DNA from: the human T2T-CHM13v2.0 reference genome, Homo sapiens
Direction: 5' to 3' (one strand)
Length of the DNA: 64,000 bases
Assembly: GCF_009914755.1 (NCBI RefSeq)
Contig: NC_060947.1
Position 1 is the stretch's first letter. Every line of letters starts with the position of its first letter. The notes below the pieces were generated by a model. It was not told the DNA's origin. It did no database searches and saw nothing but the letters and a program-made list of their open reading frames with translations. Shown here in pieces: positions 14,811 to 28,980 of the stretch. Both the position numbers and the translations under genes were made by a program.

Positions 14811-14894
14811 TTAGAGGTTCAGCCTGGTTCTTCCTCTACAATGTTACAAATTAGGATTCTTCTTCTCAGAATCCCTTATCATGGGAGCAACTTA
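14811..14894 (+). repeat. Dispersed direct repeat, copy 2
   Basis: About 11 mismatches and a 3-nt indel relative to 13518-13598. Confidence 0.85.
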
Positions 14895-15502
14895 CTTTAG
14901 GGTCCTCGGGTTCTTATTCTTGAGATTTTTCATTCCACATGGTTCTTTTACTTTCCTTATTCCTCAGGAACTTGGGTCAATAATTGGATAGAAAAATGTG
15001 TGCTCTGGATCTTAATAATTGCTCTTCTGTACAGTAGGTTTGTTTAGTGTTCCTGACCCCAGGCTTTGCCTGATTTGAATGAATCCAACAGTTGTAGCCC
15101 CAGTGACAGTGTGCAAACTGCCCTTTGGGGGTAGTGGGGTTATTTGGGGGCCCTTTTCTGTTCTAGATCCCAGAAGCAAGGTGAGCTTTCACCGGCACTC
15201 AGGTGCATGTTACCAATGACAAAAGAATTATTTGACCTTTCCTTATACTTCTTGTATTGCTTTTCTGATTATCAAAGCAACGCTCTGTAAAATGTACCAA
15301 CTGATGCCCAGGGCTCTCTTCTAAGTTGTGTAAGATAACTTCAACTGTGTTTGCATCAGTTCGTTTCCAAGACCTTTTATGTCCTTCTCCGCTTTTGCAG
15401 GCTGTTCTTGCCAATCATAGGTCATTCAAGACAGGGCATTAAACACTGGTATTTCAGTTTTAACTCTGAGATTTGAGAGTTGGCTCCCTCAGTCTTTTCA
15501 AT

Positions 15503-15726
15503 GATGCTTTCCAACTGGGACATTGTGGCGTACTGACGTGCCCTGAGTGGGTTGCAAATGCGCTGAGCTATTGATCCTTCTAGGTGGTCTGATATATAAC
15601 AGGGCAGCCATAGTCCATGAGCAGTCTTTGCTTCTGGCCATGAGCAAACTTATTTTACTTCAGTGTGCCACACAAACATTGTTATCTTCCATTTGTGTCA
15701 TGTACTGAAAAAGTTGGAAAGTGCTA
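15503..15726. mobile_element. hAT-Charlie-type MER element
   Basis: Inverted ends gctttccaact...agttggaaagt; internal cagtgtgccacacaaacattgttatc. Confidence 0.5.
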
Positions 15727-15789
15727 TGTTTACAGCATTTGTTATGAAGTGTCTTTTAACTATGGAGCCACAATATGTGAATCAGATTA

Positions 15790-15883
15790 AAAGTGAATTT
15801 TTTTAATACCACTGAACTGAGCACTTAAAAATAGTTAAGACGACAAATTTTATGTTATGTGCATTTTACCACAATTTTTTAAA
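15790..15883 (+). mobile_element. L1MB/L1MC 3' terminal fragment
   Basis: ccactgaactgagcacttaaaaatagttaag...aattttatgttatgtgcattttaccacaat. Confidence 0.75.
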
Positions 15884-16319
15884 GTAAATCTGCTTTGAGT
15901 AAAATGGCACCTGGGCCCTGGAACTTTGGCATCCTTCTCAGTGGACTTTGAGGGCTTCAGAGAACACAGCTGAGAAAGCACTACTTCAGAGCAAGAATCA
16001 AAAGCCTTGCTCTCCCCCTTGGACTTTGGAGTCTGCAATAGTGCATTCCTCTGTGAAGCCAACCTTCAGCAACTCTGTAACGGGGCAGAGGTTGCCTCCT
16101 GGGCTTTCCCATGGGACATATATACTCTTCCTGACAGTGTTCCTTTGTCAACCTTCTCAGGAACTTGATGCCAATATAACTTGCTCCTGACTTTCCCTCC
16201 CTAACAGATTGAAAAGTTACTTATCATAAATATAAACTAATATTTAGTGATGAGGTTTTTCATCATCATACTGTATGTGTGTGTGTACACACACACATAC
16301 ACACACATATATCACACAA

Positions 16320-16720
16320 AATAAAATATTCAATCATTTCAGAAGGGTATAAAATATACAGAAAACCTCTCCCTGTCCATTGGTAGTCCCATGCCTCCCC
16401 AGGTAAAATAATTGGTGACAGTTTTGTATTTTTGTATCTATATATTCTTTCAGAAATATCTTTGCACATATAAAATCTATCTATCTATCTATCTATCCAT
16501 CCCTCTATCTATCCATCTAATATATAAAGGTCCTTTCACTCATCTGATTTTACAGTTTTCTCTTTTTGATTAATAATGCATCTTGATAATCACACCATAT
16601 CATCACTTACATTCTACATTAAGCTTTATAACAGCTGCATAATATTCCATTGAATGGTTGTATCATATTTTATTTAATTGGTCCTCTGGTGATAACATTT
16701 AGGTTGTTTCCAATTGTCTG
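16320..16720 (-). mobile_element. Old L1 (L1ME-like) fragment with (TCTA)n
   Basis: gctgcataatattccattgaatgg...catttaggttgtttccaatt. Confidence 0.6.
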
Positions 16721-17589
16721 AATAGCAAAGGATTTGAAACCATCTCAGTGTTCAATATTCAACAATTCATTAAATCAACTGTATTATAATCTGTAATATG
16801 ATTTCTTTTAAAGATGATATTGTAAAAGCACATTCAAGGCTATAGCAAAGTGTTAACTGTGTCTTTTTACAGGAAAAAGTAAGTTACAAATTCATTTGAA
16901 TAGTGTGGGCCCTAATGGATAGAAACTGAGCATGCATGTATAGATGTGAAAGGATGTTCACTAAACTGTTAGTCTGTTAACAAAGGTTCTCTACATGGTT
17001 GGAAGGTAGGGTTTTAAATTTTTTCACCATTTTGCTTGAGTATTTTCTAAATTCTCAACAATAAATGTACATGGCCTTAGTAGTTAGAGAAGCAATACGA
17101 CAAGATTAATTTTTTAAAAAACAGATTCGCATCCATCGTATGGCACTGCAGCCACATTCCCCTGCTCCTACTGTGTTTATGGCACTATGCCAGCTGGTGG
17201 AGAACTAGGCAGTCAGAACTAGTTAGCCTAGACCATATATTGTGTGAGCTGTCAATCTAGTGAGAAAGAGCAGGGAAGACAATTACACTAAAGAAGCCAG
17301 AGATCAGGGCAAGGCAGTAGGAATCAACAACCTTTGAGACTCACACAGACAGTGCTGAGGGGGACTGAGCCAAGGGAACAATCCCTGTGGAGTATATCAA
17401 TGAGAGTTAGGGGTTGCGTCTCGGGAGAAGTGGGAATTGGGTTCAATACGGAGGGGCAATAGGATTTGCAGAGGCCAAGCTGAGGAGAGTAGGATTCCTA
17501 CAGGCACTGACAGTGGTTGGTAGGGCATCAATAAGATCTTCTGTTCTGTCAAATTATCTGGTTTGTCAGCTAGTTACCAAAGTGGTACG

Positions 17590-17840
17590 GAGTGACTGAG
17601 AGGATGTGCCCTGTAATCTGACATATGTGGGTTCAAATTCCATCTCTGTCAATTACAAGATATTTGCCTAGGTAAGCTACTTAACTTTTTCAAACCTCAG
17701 TTTACTCATTTGTAAAATGGGAATTATAACAATACCTTCCTCATCAGGTTGTTTAAAGGTTAACCGAAATAATGGCATAGTACTGTGCCTGATTGGCACA
17801 TAGTAAATGCTCTACATAGGGTAGCTGTAATTATTATTAA
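17590..17840 (+). mobile_element. MIR SINE
   Basis: gggttcaaattccatctctgtc...cctcagtttactcatttgtaaaatggg...tggcacatagtaaatgctc. Confidence 0.8.
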
Positions 17841-18067
17841 TACTAATAAAGAAAACATATGTCATAGCATTTAAAAACTTGGTTTAATAGTAACAATGAA
17901 GTCATGTGCAAGGGATTCATAATTCTCAGAAGCAGACAGTTTTTTTTTTCAAGGTCTCTGACATGAGGTGTCAGGAAACTGTAGATTAGAGAACCCAAAC
18001 AGGTGTACAAATTTCTAAATGAGAGAAGAGAAGTGTATAGAGGATGGTAGCTAAAAGCATTAGCTTT

Positions 18068-18365
18068 GGTTGGGCTCAGTGACTCACACCAGTAACACAC
18101 ACACTTTGGGAGGCCGAGGTGGGAGTATCACTTGAGTCCAGAAGTTCGAGACCAGCCTGGGCAACATAATGAGCCCTGTCTTTAAAAAAAAATGTTTTTA
18201 AATTGCCCATGCCCGATGGTCTGAACCTGTAGGCCCAGCTACTCAGGAGGCTGAGGCAAGAGAATTGCTTGAGCCCAGGAGGTCGAGGCTACAACTGAGC
18301 TGTGATCGTGCCAATGCTTTAGCCTGGGTGATAGAGCAAGACCCTGTCAAAGAAAAAAAAAAAAA
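18068..18365 (+). mobile_element. AluJ
   Basis: J diagnostics (cacttgagtccagaagttcg, cctgggcaacata, ttgagcccaggaggtcgaggct); left TSD aaaagcattagcttt at 18053-18067. Confidence 0.88.
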
Positions 18366-18665
<300 letters not shown>

Positions 18666-18809
18666 TTAGCTTTGGACTTAAGACTTAAGAGGACAGGAGT
18701 TTAAGTCCCTAGCTCTGGCACATGCGTTGTGTGATATTAGCCAAGTTCCTCTTTAGTACTGGGGCTTGGTTTCTCCATCTGAAAAATGGGGAACTATCTA
18801 CAACATAGG

Positions 18810-18992
18810 TTTTTTAAATTACAGATTTAGGCGGTAAATTGCTATTTTGTTACATGAATATATTAAGTAGTGGTGATTTGTGGGCTTTTATTGTAGTGAT
18901 GGCTACAAATAATGTAAATTGTACTCATTAATAGTGTAAATTGTGTAAATAGTGTAAATTGTACTCATTAAGTAATTTCTCATCCCTCACCC
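18810..18992 (-). mobile_element. L1PB/L1MA-type 3' end fragment inside a MIR
   Basis: ttttgttacatgaatatatt...agtggtga...gggctttta...gtaatttctcatccctcaccc; internal duplication of tgtaaattgtactcattaa. Confidence 0.65.
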
Positions 18993-19828
18993 TGTAGGGC
19001 TGTTAATGTTAGAATTAAATGAGATAACACAGGTAAATTGCTCAGTATGTGGTACTCAGTTAGTATTCAGTTCATTCATTGAACAAATATTTTTCGAGCA
19101 TTTACAATGTGCTAGGCTTTGTGCTTAAGCACTGGGATAAATTGGTGAATGAGATAAAGAGGGGCCCCACTCTTAAGTAGTTTTTAATAAATGAGAACTA
19201 CCATTACTACTGCTACTACTGCTATTTGAACTGTCACTATCTAGACGTTCATTATTTTTAAAAAATTACAAAAATGTTTTCCCAAACTTCACTATTCTAA
19301 TCAGAAATCCTCAGGTGAAAACATTTGAGTTGCACAGGAATCCTATCCAGAGGACGTAGAATGTACCCCTCTCTGGATAAAACAGCATCTTGGCTCCCGA
19401 TGCCTTGTGCATGATCATTCTCATCTTCCACACCATTTTCTTAAGGGTTTAGTCCTTCATTAGCCCAGTGTTTGCTTCTTTCAAGTGCCTAGGGACACTA
19501 TCAACCGTGGTCCACGTAGACCACATGTTGAGAATCTCTAACACATTATTTCATTGTTTATATTACAATGTATGTTCATTGCAGTTTAGAAGAGAAACAG
19601 TTTGCTCCTGAAATTGTAAATGATTGTATACCAAACACAAAAAATACCCTTTAATGAGTTCATTACGTGTTAATTAGGTATTGGCATTTTAAATGAATTA
19701 TATTATCCATAAGTCCTTCATGGATTGATTGGTAGCTGTTTAAATGTTTTAATAATGATTAGGAAAATTGTTTGGAGTTTTTGGATGGCTTAGGAATGTA
19801 TTGTCATTTCTCCATTTAAAATAATGGG

Positions 19829-20189
19829 TTCATGTCCTTTGTAGGGACGTGGATGAAATTGGAAATCATCATTCTCAGTAAACTATTGCAAGGACAAAAA
19901 ACCAAACACCGCATGTTCTCACTCATAGATGGGAATTGAACAATGAGAACACATGGACACAGGAAGGGGAACATCACACTCTGGGGCCTGTTGTGGGGTG
20001 GGGGGAGGGGGGAGGGATAGCATTAGGAGATATACCTAATGCTAAATGATGAGTTAGTGGGTGCAGCACACCAGCATGGCACATGTATACATATGTAACT
20101 AACCTGCACATTGTGCACATGTACCCTAAAACTTAAAGTATAATAATAATAAAAAAAATTAAAAAAAAAGAATTTAAAAAAAAAAGAAT
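19829..20189 (+). mobile_element. 5'-truncated L1PA (PA3/PA4-like), ~360 bp
   Basis: End of ORF2, 3'UTR G-tract and poly(A); TSD tttaaaataatggg at 19815-19828 and 20190-20203. Confidence 0.92.
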
Positions 20190-20684
20190 TTTAAAATAAT
20201 GGGATATAGGCTTCTGCTCATGTTAATTATGCAACATATTCTCTATTACTTTTTATATTTGAATATACAGGGATGCTTGTATTATAACTACTAACACAGC
20301 ATTACTACCACCCACCATCTAGTACTTGCAAATTAATAATTGCTACCTACTGACTTCCACAAACTACTGTCTCGAAGTGTTGCGTGTATAGTCTTTACAG
20401 TAGCTAATGTGGCCCTTTTTCTCTTTTTTGAGCGTGGCCATATGGTTGGGTATGGGGCCTAATTCTTGAAGTGAAGGACCTGGACCTTTCTGTGGCTGAT
20501 ACCCAAGGAAGGCTGCCTAAGGATAAAGAGCACAACCCCAGTCATGTCTTTTTGTGGCTCTCAGGCCACTCCAGGAAGTCAGAGATCATCAAATCCAAGG
20601 GTGTTGGCAATGGGAAAGAATACTTCATATGGAAGAGTAGCCAAAGATGCACTACTCCAAAGGCACCAGCCATTGCCTGGTGAT

Positions 20685-20735
20685 GTGTGTGTGCGTGTGT
20701 GTTTGTGTGTGTGCATTTGTGTTTGTGTGTGTGTG
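20685..20735. repeat. Imperfect (TG)n
   Basis: tgtgtgtgcgtgtgtgtttgtgtgtgtgcatttgtg... Confidence 0.85.
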
Positions 20736-21555
20736 AGACTATCTTGTCCCCTAGGGTATTGCAAAGGCACTTGGTTATTTTGACAGTGTTGATAAGCACC
20801 TGAATGGGCAGATGTGGAATGAATTGCAGTTTTATTACCGATTTAAAATTTTTTAAAGGACCTGTTCCTGATGAAAGGACCAAGGGCAAGCCCCCTGGTC
20901 AAAGAAATTTCCGGGAACCGTGTTTACAGTATTTCCTGGGGGATGTCATCAACATATAAAAGGCTCCAAGTAGTACTGCAGGAAAGCAACCTGATTACTC
21001 TCTGCTTACTAGAATTTTCCCACATCTTTTTTTTTTTTTTTTTTTTTTTTTTGGCTCACAGCTATCTTTTCTGTGTGGCAGCCTATGGAACACTAATCCA
21101 CAGCACATGTTTTAAGAAACACTGTTCTAAATTGTTCTAGAATGAGGTATGACAGAATTTAATAAACCTCCTGACCCACTCATTATCCTCCTACTCCCTC
21201 CTGCCCCCTTTCCTCATGCTTCTTTCCTCCCATCCCACTCCTGCATCTCTCTTTCCTTATCTTTCCTCTTTTCCTTTCCACATTCATTGGCATGTTACTA
21301 AGAGACCCGACCATCACCAAAAGCATTTCAATAACTTTTTTAGCATTGAGAACAATAGCAAAGGCTGTCAAAAACGTGAAAAAAATACTCCCTGCTTCTG
21401 CCCCTGAGAAGCTGTCAGTAGCTTATGGATCTCGGCTGGGTAGATCTGCAGATTCTCCATAACATAAGAATCTACATGCAAGCAAATGACTGAACTCATG
21501 GCATGCTCATGGAGGGGATGGGGAGTACTCAGTGAATTACAGTTATATCTTTGTG

Positions 21556-22050
<495 letters not shown>

Positions 22051-22789
22051 AACAACCATACCTTTTTAAATAAGTACTAAGAACTTGCCAACACAGCTCA
22101 GCAGGAAGAGAAGAAACACTATTGTGATTCGTTGTATAATATATGCCATTGTACAGTCAGTGCTGTACTCTCAGAGGGACATTGTGTAATTTTCAGATTT
22201 TGTCATGTGCTGCCTTCTTTGCGAAGCTGCACTAGAATTAGGTGGTTTGGTTTTGGTGGCCAGCTCAGGCACAGACTTGCTGCCTTGCTTCAATCAAACC
22301 GTTTGGCCTCTCTGGACCTCAGAGGAGATTTTACTGTATCACCTGGAGTAGCCCGTCCCTTCCTGATCTGAAATTCTGTGATCTGTCTAGTGGGATTGCT
22401 GCTCCTTGGTGGTGGCTTGAGGGTGAAATGAGATGGGATATGCAGAGATTATTCCCTTCAAAACTTATTGCTGGTTTTCAAAAGTCTTATACCAAGTGTC
22501 ACTTGAGAGAGGAAAGACTGACAAATTTGCAAGTGGAAACTGATTGTGGGCTGGTGCTCATATGTCCATTTCTATATCTCGCCCCACCCAGAACAGCCCC
22601 AGCATTGCCCTGCTTAATGAATATTTGATGTTGAAGCACAATTTGTTCAGATGACATTTGCATTCTGGGAGTAAGCTACGGTGTGCAGTGTGCTCATAAA
22701 GAGAACAATGTGTGACAATTGAGTAACTGGAACTATCTCTTTTCTAGAATGTACATGCATGCAGGGCTCCAGGAGAAGAATTTACCATG

Positions 22790-22970
22790 TGTAATCTCAC
22801 TTAAGCGTCATGAAATCCTGTAAGAAAGGTCAATTCTATTATCCTCATTTTACAAGTGAGAAAACGAAGCCTTGGAGAGATTCCATGACCTGCCCGAGGT
22901 CACACAGGTAACTGGAGAAACCAGCTTTCAAACCTAGCCAGCCTGACTCCAGAGCTCTTAACTAGCATGC
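22790..22970 (-). mobile_element. MIR SINE
   Basis: tattatcctcattttacaagtgagaaaacgaagc...gacctgcccgaggtcacacag...cctgactccagagc. Confidence 0.8.
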
Positions 22971-23544
22971 TTTTCTTTTAATTGGTTCAAACAGATAGCG
23001 TGAGAAGTAATCAGTTATGAAGAGGGGAAAGATGGAAGGAGGGAAGCAGAGCTCCTTGCTTTGGCTGGGTGAGCACTGAGCTTGTCAAGTGCTATCTGTC
23101 CTATGCTGGCTTCATGTAGAAGCAGTGCATGCAGATTCCCAGCTACCCAAAGTCTTCCCACAGTATTCAGTACTCTTTACCTCCTCCGTAGGAAACTCTA
23201 CGCTCAAGGGGAAAATGTTTCTGCAGTGGCCACAGCAGGAAGCTGGTTCCAGTGCTGTCTGTTCACATGACTGTCCAGGAGCTAAATCCTGAAAGATGAG
23301 GAGCTTGTCCTTAGCACTTCCTGACCTCCTCTCAGGATCTCTGCCTCCCTCTGCTCAGCATCTGTTAGAAACCTTGTGTGTGTATGCCGCCTCTGGGATC
23401 CCAGTTTTTTTCATGTTGGCATTCCTTCCATGGGCCTACTATTCTCCACAGTTTTCATTGCTTCAGATCTTTCTGTCCCCATTCTTCCTGTTAATAGCTC
23501 TTGACTCTGTGTCTGCCATTAACTGAGATAATAATAGCAAAGAG

Positions 23545-23780
23545 CTGATAATAGCTAACATGTATTAATCATTTTCTATGGGTTGGGCTGTGTTCTAAGC
23601 AGTTACATGCAATATCTCATTTAATACTCACAGCAATGCTGTGTAGAACTCTTATTGTGCCTACTTGACAGTGGAGGATGTTGAAATTCAGAAAGGTTAA
23701 CTTGTCCAAGTCACCTAACCAGTGAGTGGTTAAGAAAGACTCACAACCAGGTCTTTCTAACTTCAAAGTCCATGCTTATG
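23545..23780 (-). mobile_element. MIR SINE
   Basis: ataatagctaacatgtatt...atctcatttaatactcacagca...cagaaaggttaacttgtccaagtcac. Confidence 0.75.
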
Positions 23781-25480
23781 TGCATGTCCACTAGTCCATA
23801 TTATGTCATTGATATTGTGTCAATAAGCAGGATTCCCAGTCTGCCTGGTTAGATTTCTTTCCTAACTGAACAAGTAACTTCATAGCAATTTCTTTTCATT
23901 AGCAGGTCTTCCCACTGCAAGTGATCCCTTCTCAATGTCTTTGGAACTACTGTACAGGCCTTACAGGACACACCTTATAAGATCCCCAGGATATTTTTAA
24001 ATCTCTCTCATCTTCCCTCCATTCCTTCCTTCCATTCATCTCACCCAAATTCAGCACATTTTTTCTTGTTGTTTCCACATTTAACTTTCACTCATGATCC
24101 TCACTGTGCTATAGATTGGCTAATTCAAACTTTGAGTACCACTAAGCTTTCTTAATCTTGTAATGATATTTATTCTGTTGTTCTTTTATTTTTCCTTCTC
24201 TCAACAAGAACGGCCTGATATCTACCCTCACAATTCCTTTGCTGTTTTTTCTACTTCCTCATCATCACTCACTTACAAGAGAGACTCATTTTCTGTCACA
24301 CTGTCCTTATGAGGCAAAGTAGTAGTTGTATTAGCCCCATTTGATAGATGAGGAAACGGAGGTTCAAATGGCTTAAGTGACTTGCAAGGGATTACACTAT
24401 CTTTTCTCCAATTGGGAGATACTCTCTAGTACTATTTGATATAAGCAAAAGTTGGTGTTAAGAGTGCTTGAGTTATGTGGGGACCTCTAAATTTTGACTT
24501 AAAATCATGCCACTTTCTGGGGGTTTTAGCTAAAGCACTGCAACTAGAATGGGGTGAGCGGGGTTAGAAAAGCCTCTAAGAGGTCTCGAATCTACTACCT
24601 AGCTGGAGGAAGATAAACTTGATACTTAGAGTGTCATTCAAATAGGCAAAGTAAATCACCTCCCACCCTGAGACAAAGCCAGGTTGAGTCTGGTAACTTT
24701 AAAAAATCATCCTTTCATTTCTGGGCTGGATCTTCCCACTACCCTAATGAATAAGGATATCAAAGGAAAACACATGGCTAACAATATTTAGAAGTCAGTG
24801 CTGTGAGGAATGAGCTATTGTTGGAGAGGGCCCTATCTTTGTGTTAGTATTTAGCTTTACAATATTCTATAAGTAGCAATTGTAGCTCTCTGATTGGATA
24901 AAAGGATGGTAGTCAGGGAAATGGAGGACAGGTTGGGCTTAGGGACAAAAGGGCACCTTTCCTTTTTTTCTGGATACCAGACATATCTTTCTGGTCAGAT
25001 TTCTCCATTTAGGATTATGGTGAAACTCTCTCTGTACTTTTGGTACATGGCCTGCTGTTTGCCACATAGTAGAAACTTTTTAGGTGGGTGAATGGATTTG
25101 GGCAACTGTTGTACATTGATTGCTTGTTCTTGGTTTTCATTCAATGTGCCAGCCTATCATGTCCTTATCAGAGACTCCTTAGAGCCAGTATGGTTGAAAC
25201 CCCAGATGTAATAAGCCACTGCACATAGTGTGGAAACACAGAGGGGTTAGGGGTTTAGGATGATTCCAATAAAACAAAAAAAAATGCTTCCTTCTGTTAC
25301 CCAGTGCCCTTCAGATTAGAGCTTTGCTTCCTCTTGAGATGCAAATCTTCCTGGATTGTGTAATAGGTAAAATAAGGTGTATCTTCCTGGAGTGTCAATT
25401 TTTACTCCAAGATTTGAGGAAAGGGAAGTTATTGACTTCTAGAGTATTTAAACCATTGTTTATATATTGAAGCAAGCACT

Positions 25481-26151
<671 letters not shown>

Positions 26152-26315
26152 TATATGTATACACATACACATATATATACACACACACACATATACACAC
26201 ACATATATACATATATATACATATATGTATACACATATATACACACACATATATACATACATATATATACACACACACACACATATATGTGTGTGTGTAT
26301 ATATATATGTGTACA
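26152..26315. repeat. (TA/CA)n-(TG/TA)n low-complexity spacer
   Basis: Only alternating purine-pyrimidine units; perfect 26-bp palindrome at 26273-26298. Confidence 0.9.
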
Positions 26316-26751
<436 letters not shown>

Positions 26752-26752
26752 T

Positions 26753-26801
<49 letters not shown>

Positions 26802-28980
26802 ATATAATATACGTATATATAATATAGAAATATATATTATATAGAAATATATATAATATAGAAATATATGTTATATAGAAATATATATAATACATAAATA
26901 TATGTTATATAGAAATATATATTATATATAAATATATGTTATATAGAAATATATAATATATAAATATATGTTATATAGAAATATATATAATATATAAATA
27001 TATGTTATATAGAAATATATATAATATATAAATATATGTTATATAGAAATATATATAATATATAAATATATGTTATATAGAAATATATATAATATATAAA
27101 TATATATTATATAGAAATATATATAATATATAAATATATATTATATAGAAATATATATAATATATAAATATATATTATATAGAAATATATATAATATATA
27201 AATATATATTATATAGAAATATATATTATATAGAAATATATATAATATATAAATATATGTTATATAGAAATATATATAATATATAAATATATATTATATA
27301 GAAATATATATTATGTATAAATATATATAACATATAATATATATTATATATAAGTATATATTATATATTATATATAAGTATATATAATATATTTTATATA
27401 TAAGTATATATTATATATTATATATTATATATAAGTATATATTATATATTATATATTATATATAGTATATATTATATATAAGTATATATAATATATAATA
27501 TATATAATATATAGTATATAGAAATATATATTATATTATATATTATATAGAAATATATATTATATTATATATTATATAGAAATATATATTATATTATATA
27601 TTATATAGAAATATATATTATATTATATATTATATAGAAATATATATTATATATAAATATATTATGTATATATAATATATAAATATAGGTTATGTATATA
27701 TAATATATAAATGTATATAATATACATTTATATATAATATATATTTATATATTATATATATTATATATTTATATTATATTATATAAATATATATTATATA
27801 TAAATATATAATATATTTATATATATTAATATAAATATATAATATATTTATATATATTAATATAAATATATAATATATTTATATATAATATATATTTATA
27901 TTAATATATATAAATATATTATATATTTATATATAATATATATTTATATTAATATATATAAATATATTATATATTTATATATAATATTTATATTATATAT
28001 AAATATATTATATATTTATATATAATATTTATATTATATATAATATATATTATATTTATATATAATATTTATATTATATATAATATATATTATATTTATA
28101 TATAATATTTATATTATATATAATATATATTATATTTATATATAATATTTATATTATATATAATATATATTATATTTATATATAATATTTATATTATATA
28201 TAATATATATTATATTTATATATAATATTTATATTATATATAATATATATTATATTTATATATAATATTTATATTATATATAATATATATTATATTATAT
28301 ATAACATTTATATTATATATTATATATTATTTATATATATTATAAATAATATATATTATAAATATATGTAATATATTATATATTATAAATATATAATATA
28401 TTATATATAATAAATATATATAATATATAAATACATATTTATATAATATATGTATATATAAATATATTAGTTTTATATATATGTATATATAAAACACATG
28501 TATTATATTTCATAATATGTATAAAACACATTATATATTTATATATTATATATTATATATATTAATATTTATATATTATATGTTATATATATTCACATAT
28601 ATTATATTTATATATTATATATTATATATATTTATATATAATATTTCTATATTATATATTATATATATTTATATATATTTATATATATTATGTTTATATA
28701 TTATATATATTTATATATATTAGTATATTTATGTATTATATATTATATATTTATATATTATATAAAATAATATATTTCAATATTATATATTATATATTTA
28801 TATATTATATAAAATAATATATTTCAATATTATATATAATATATATTAATATTATATATAATTCTATATTATATATTATATATATTAATACATTATATAT
28901 TATATATAAAATACATTATATATATTTACATATATATAAAATATATGTATGTATTATTTTTATATATATGTATATATAAA
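26752..28980. repeat. ~2.2-kb AT-rich compound minisatellite
   Basis: (AT)~21 at 26757-26798; 34-bp units (G at 26970, 27004, 27038, 27072); 29-bp units (G at 27521, 27550, 27579, 27608, 27637); six perfect 40-bp units plus a partial one from 28021. Confidence 0.97.

Noticed and set aside
21027-21052. Orphan T26 tract as the tail of a retrocopy
   Set aside because: No recognisable element body or TSD next to it; treated as a simple homopolymer.
26752-28980. CRISPR-like array or coding repeat
   Set aside because: No unique spacers; low-complexity AT tandem units in a primate context. The Y/I-rich ORFs are compositional artefacts.
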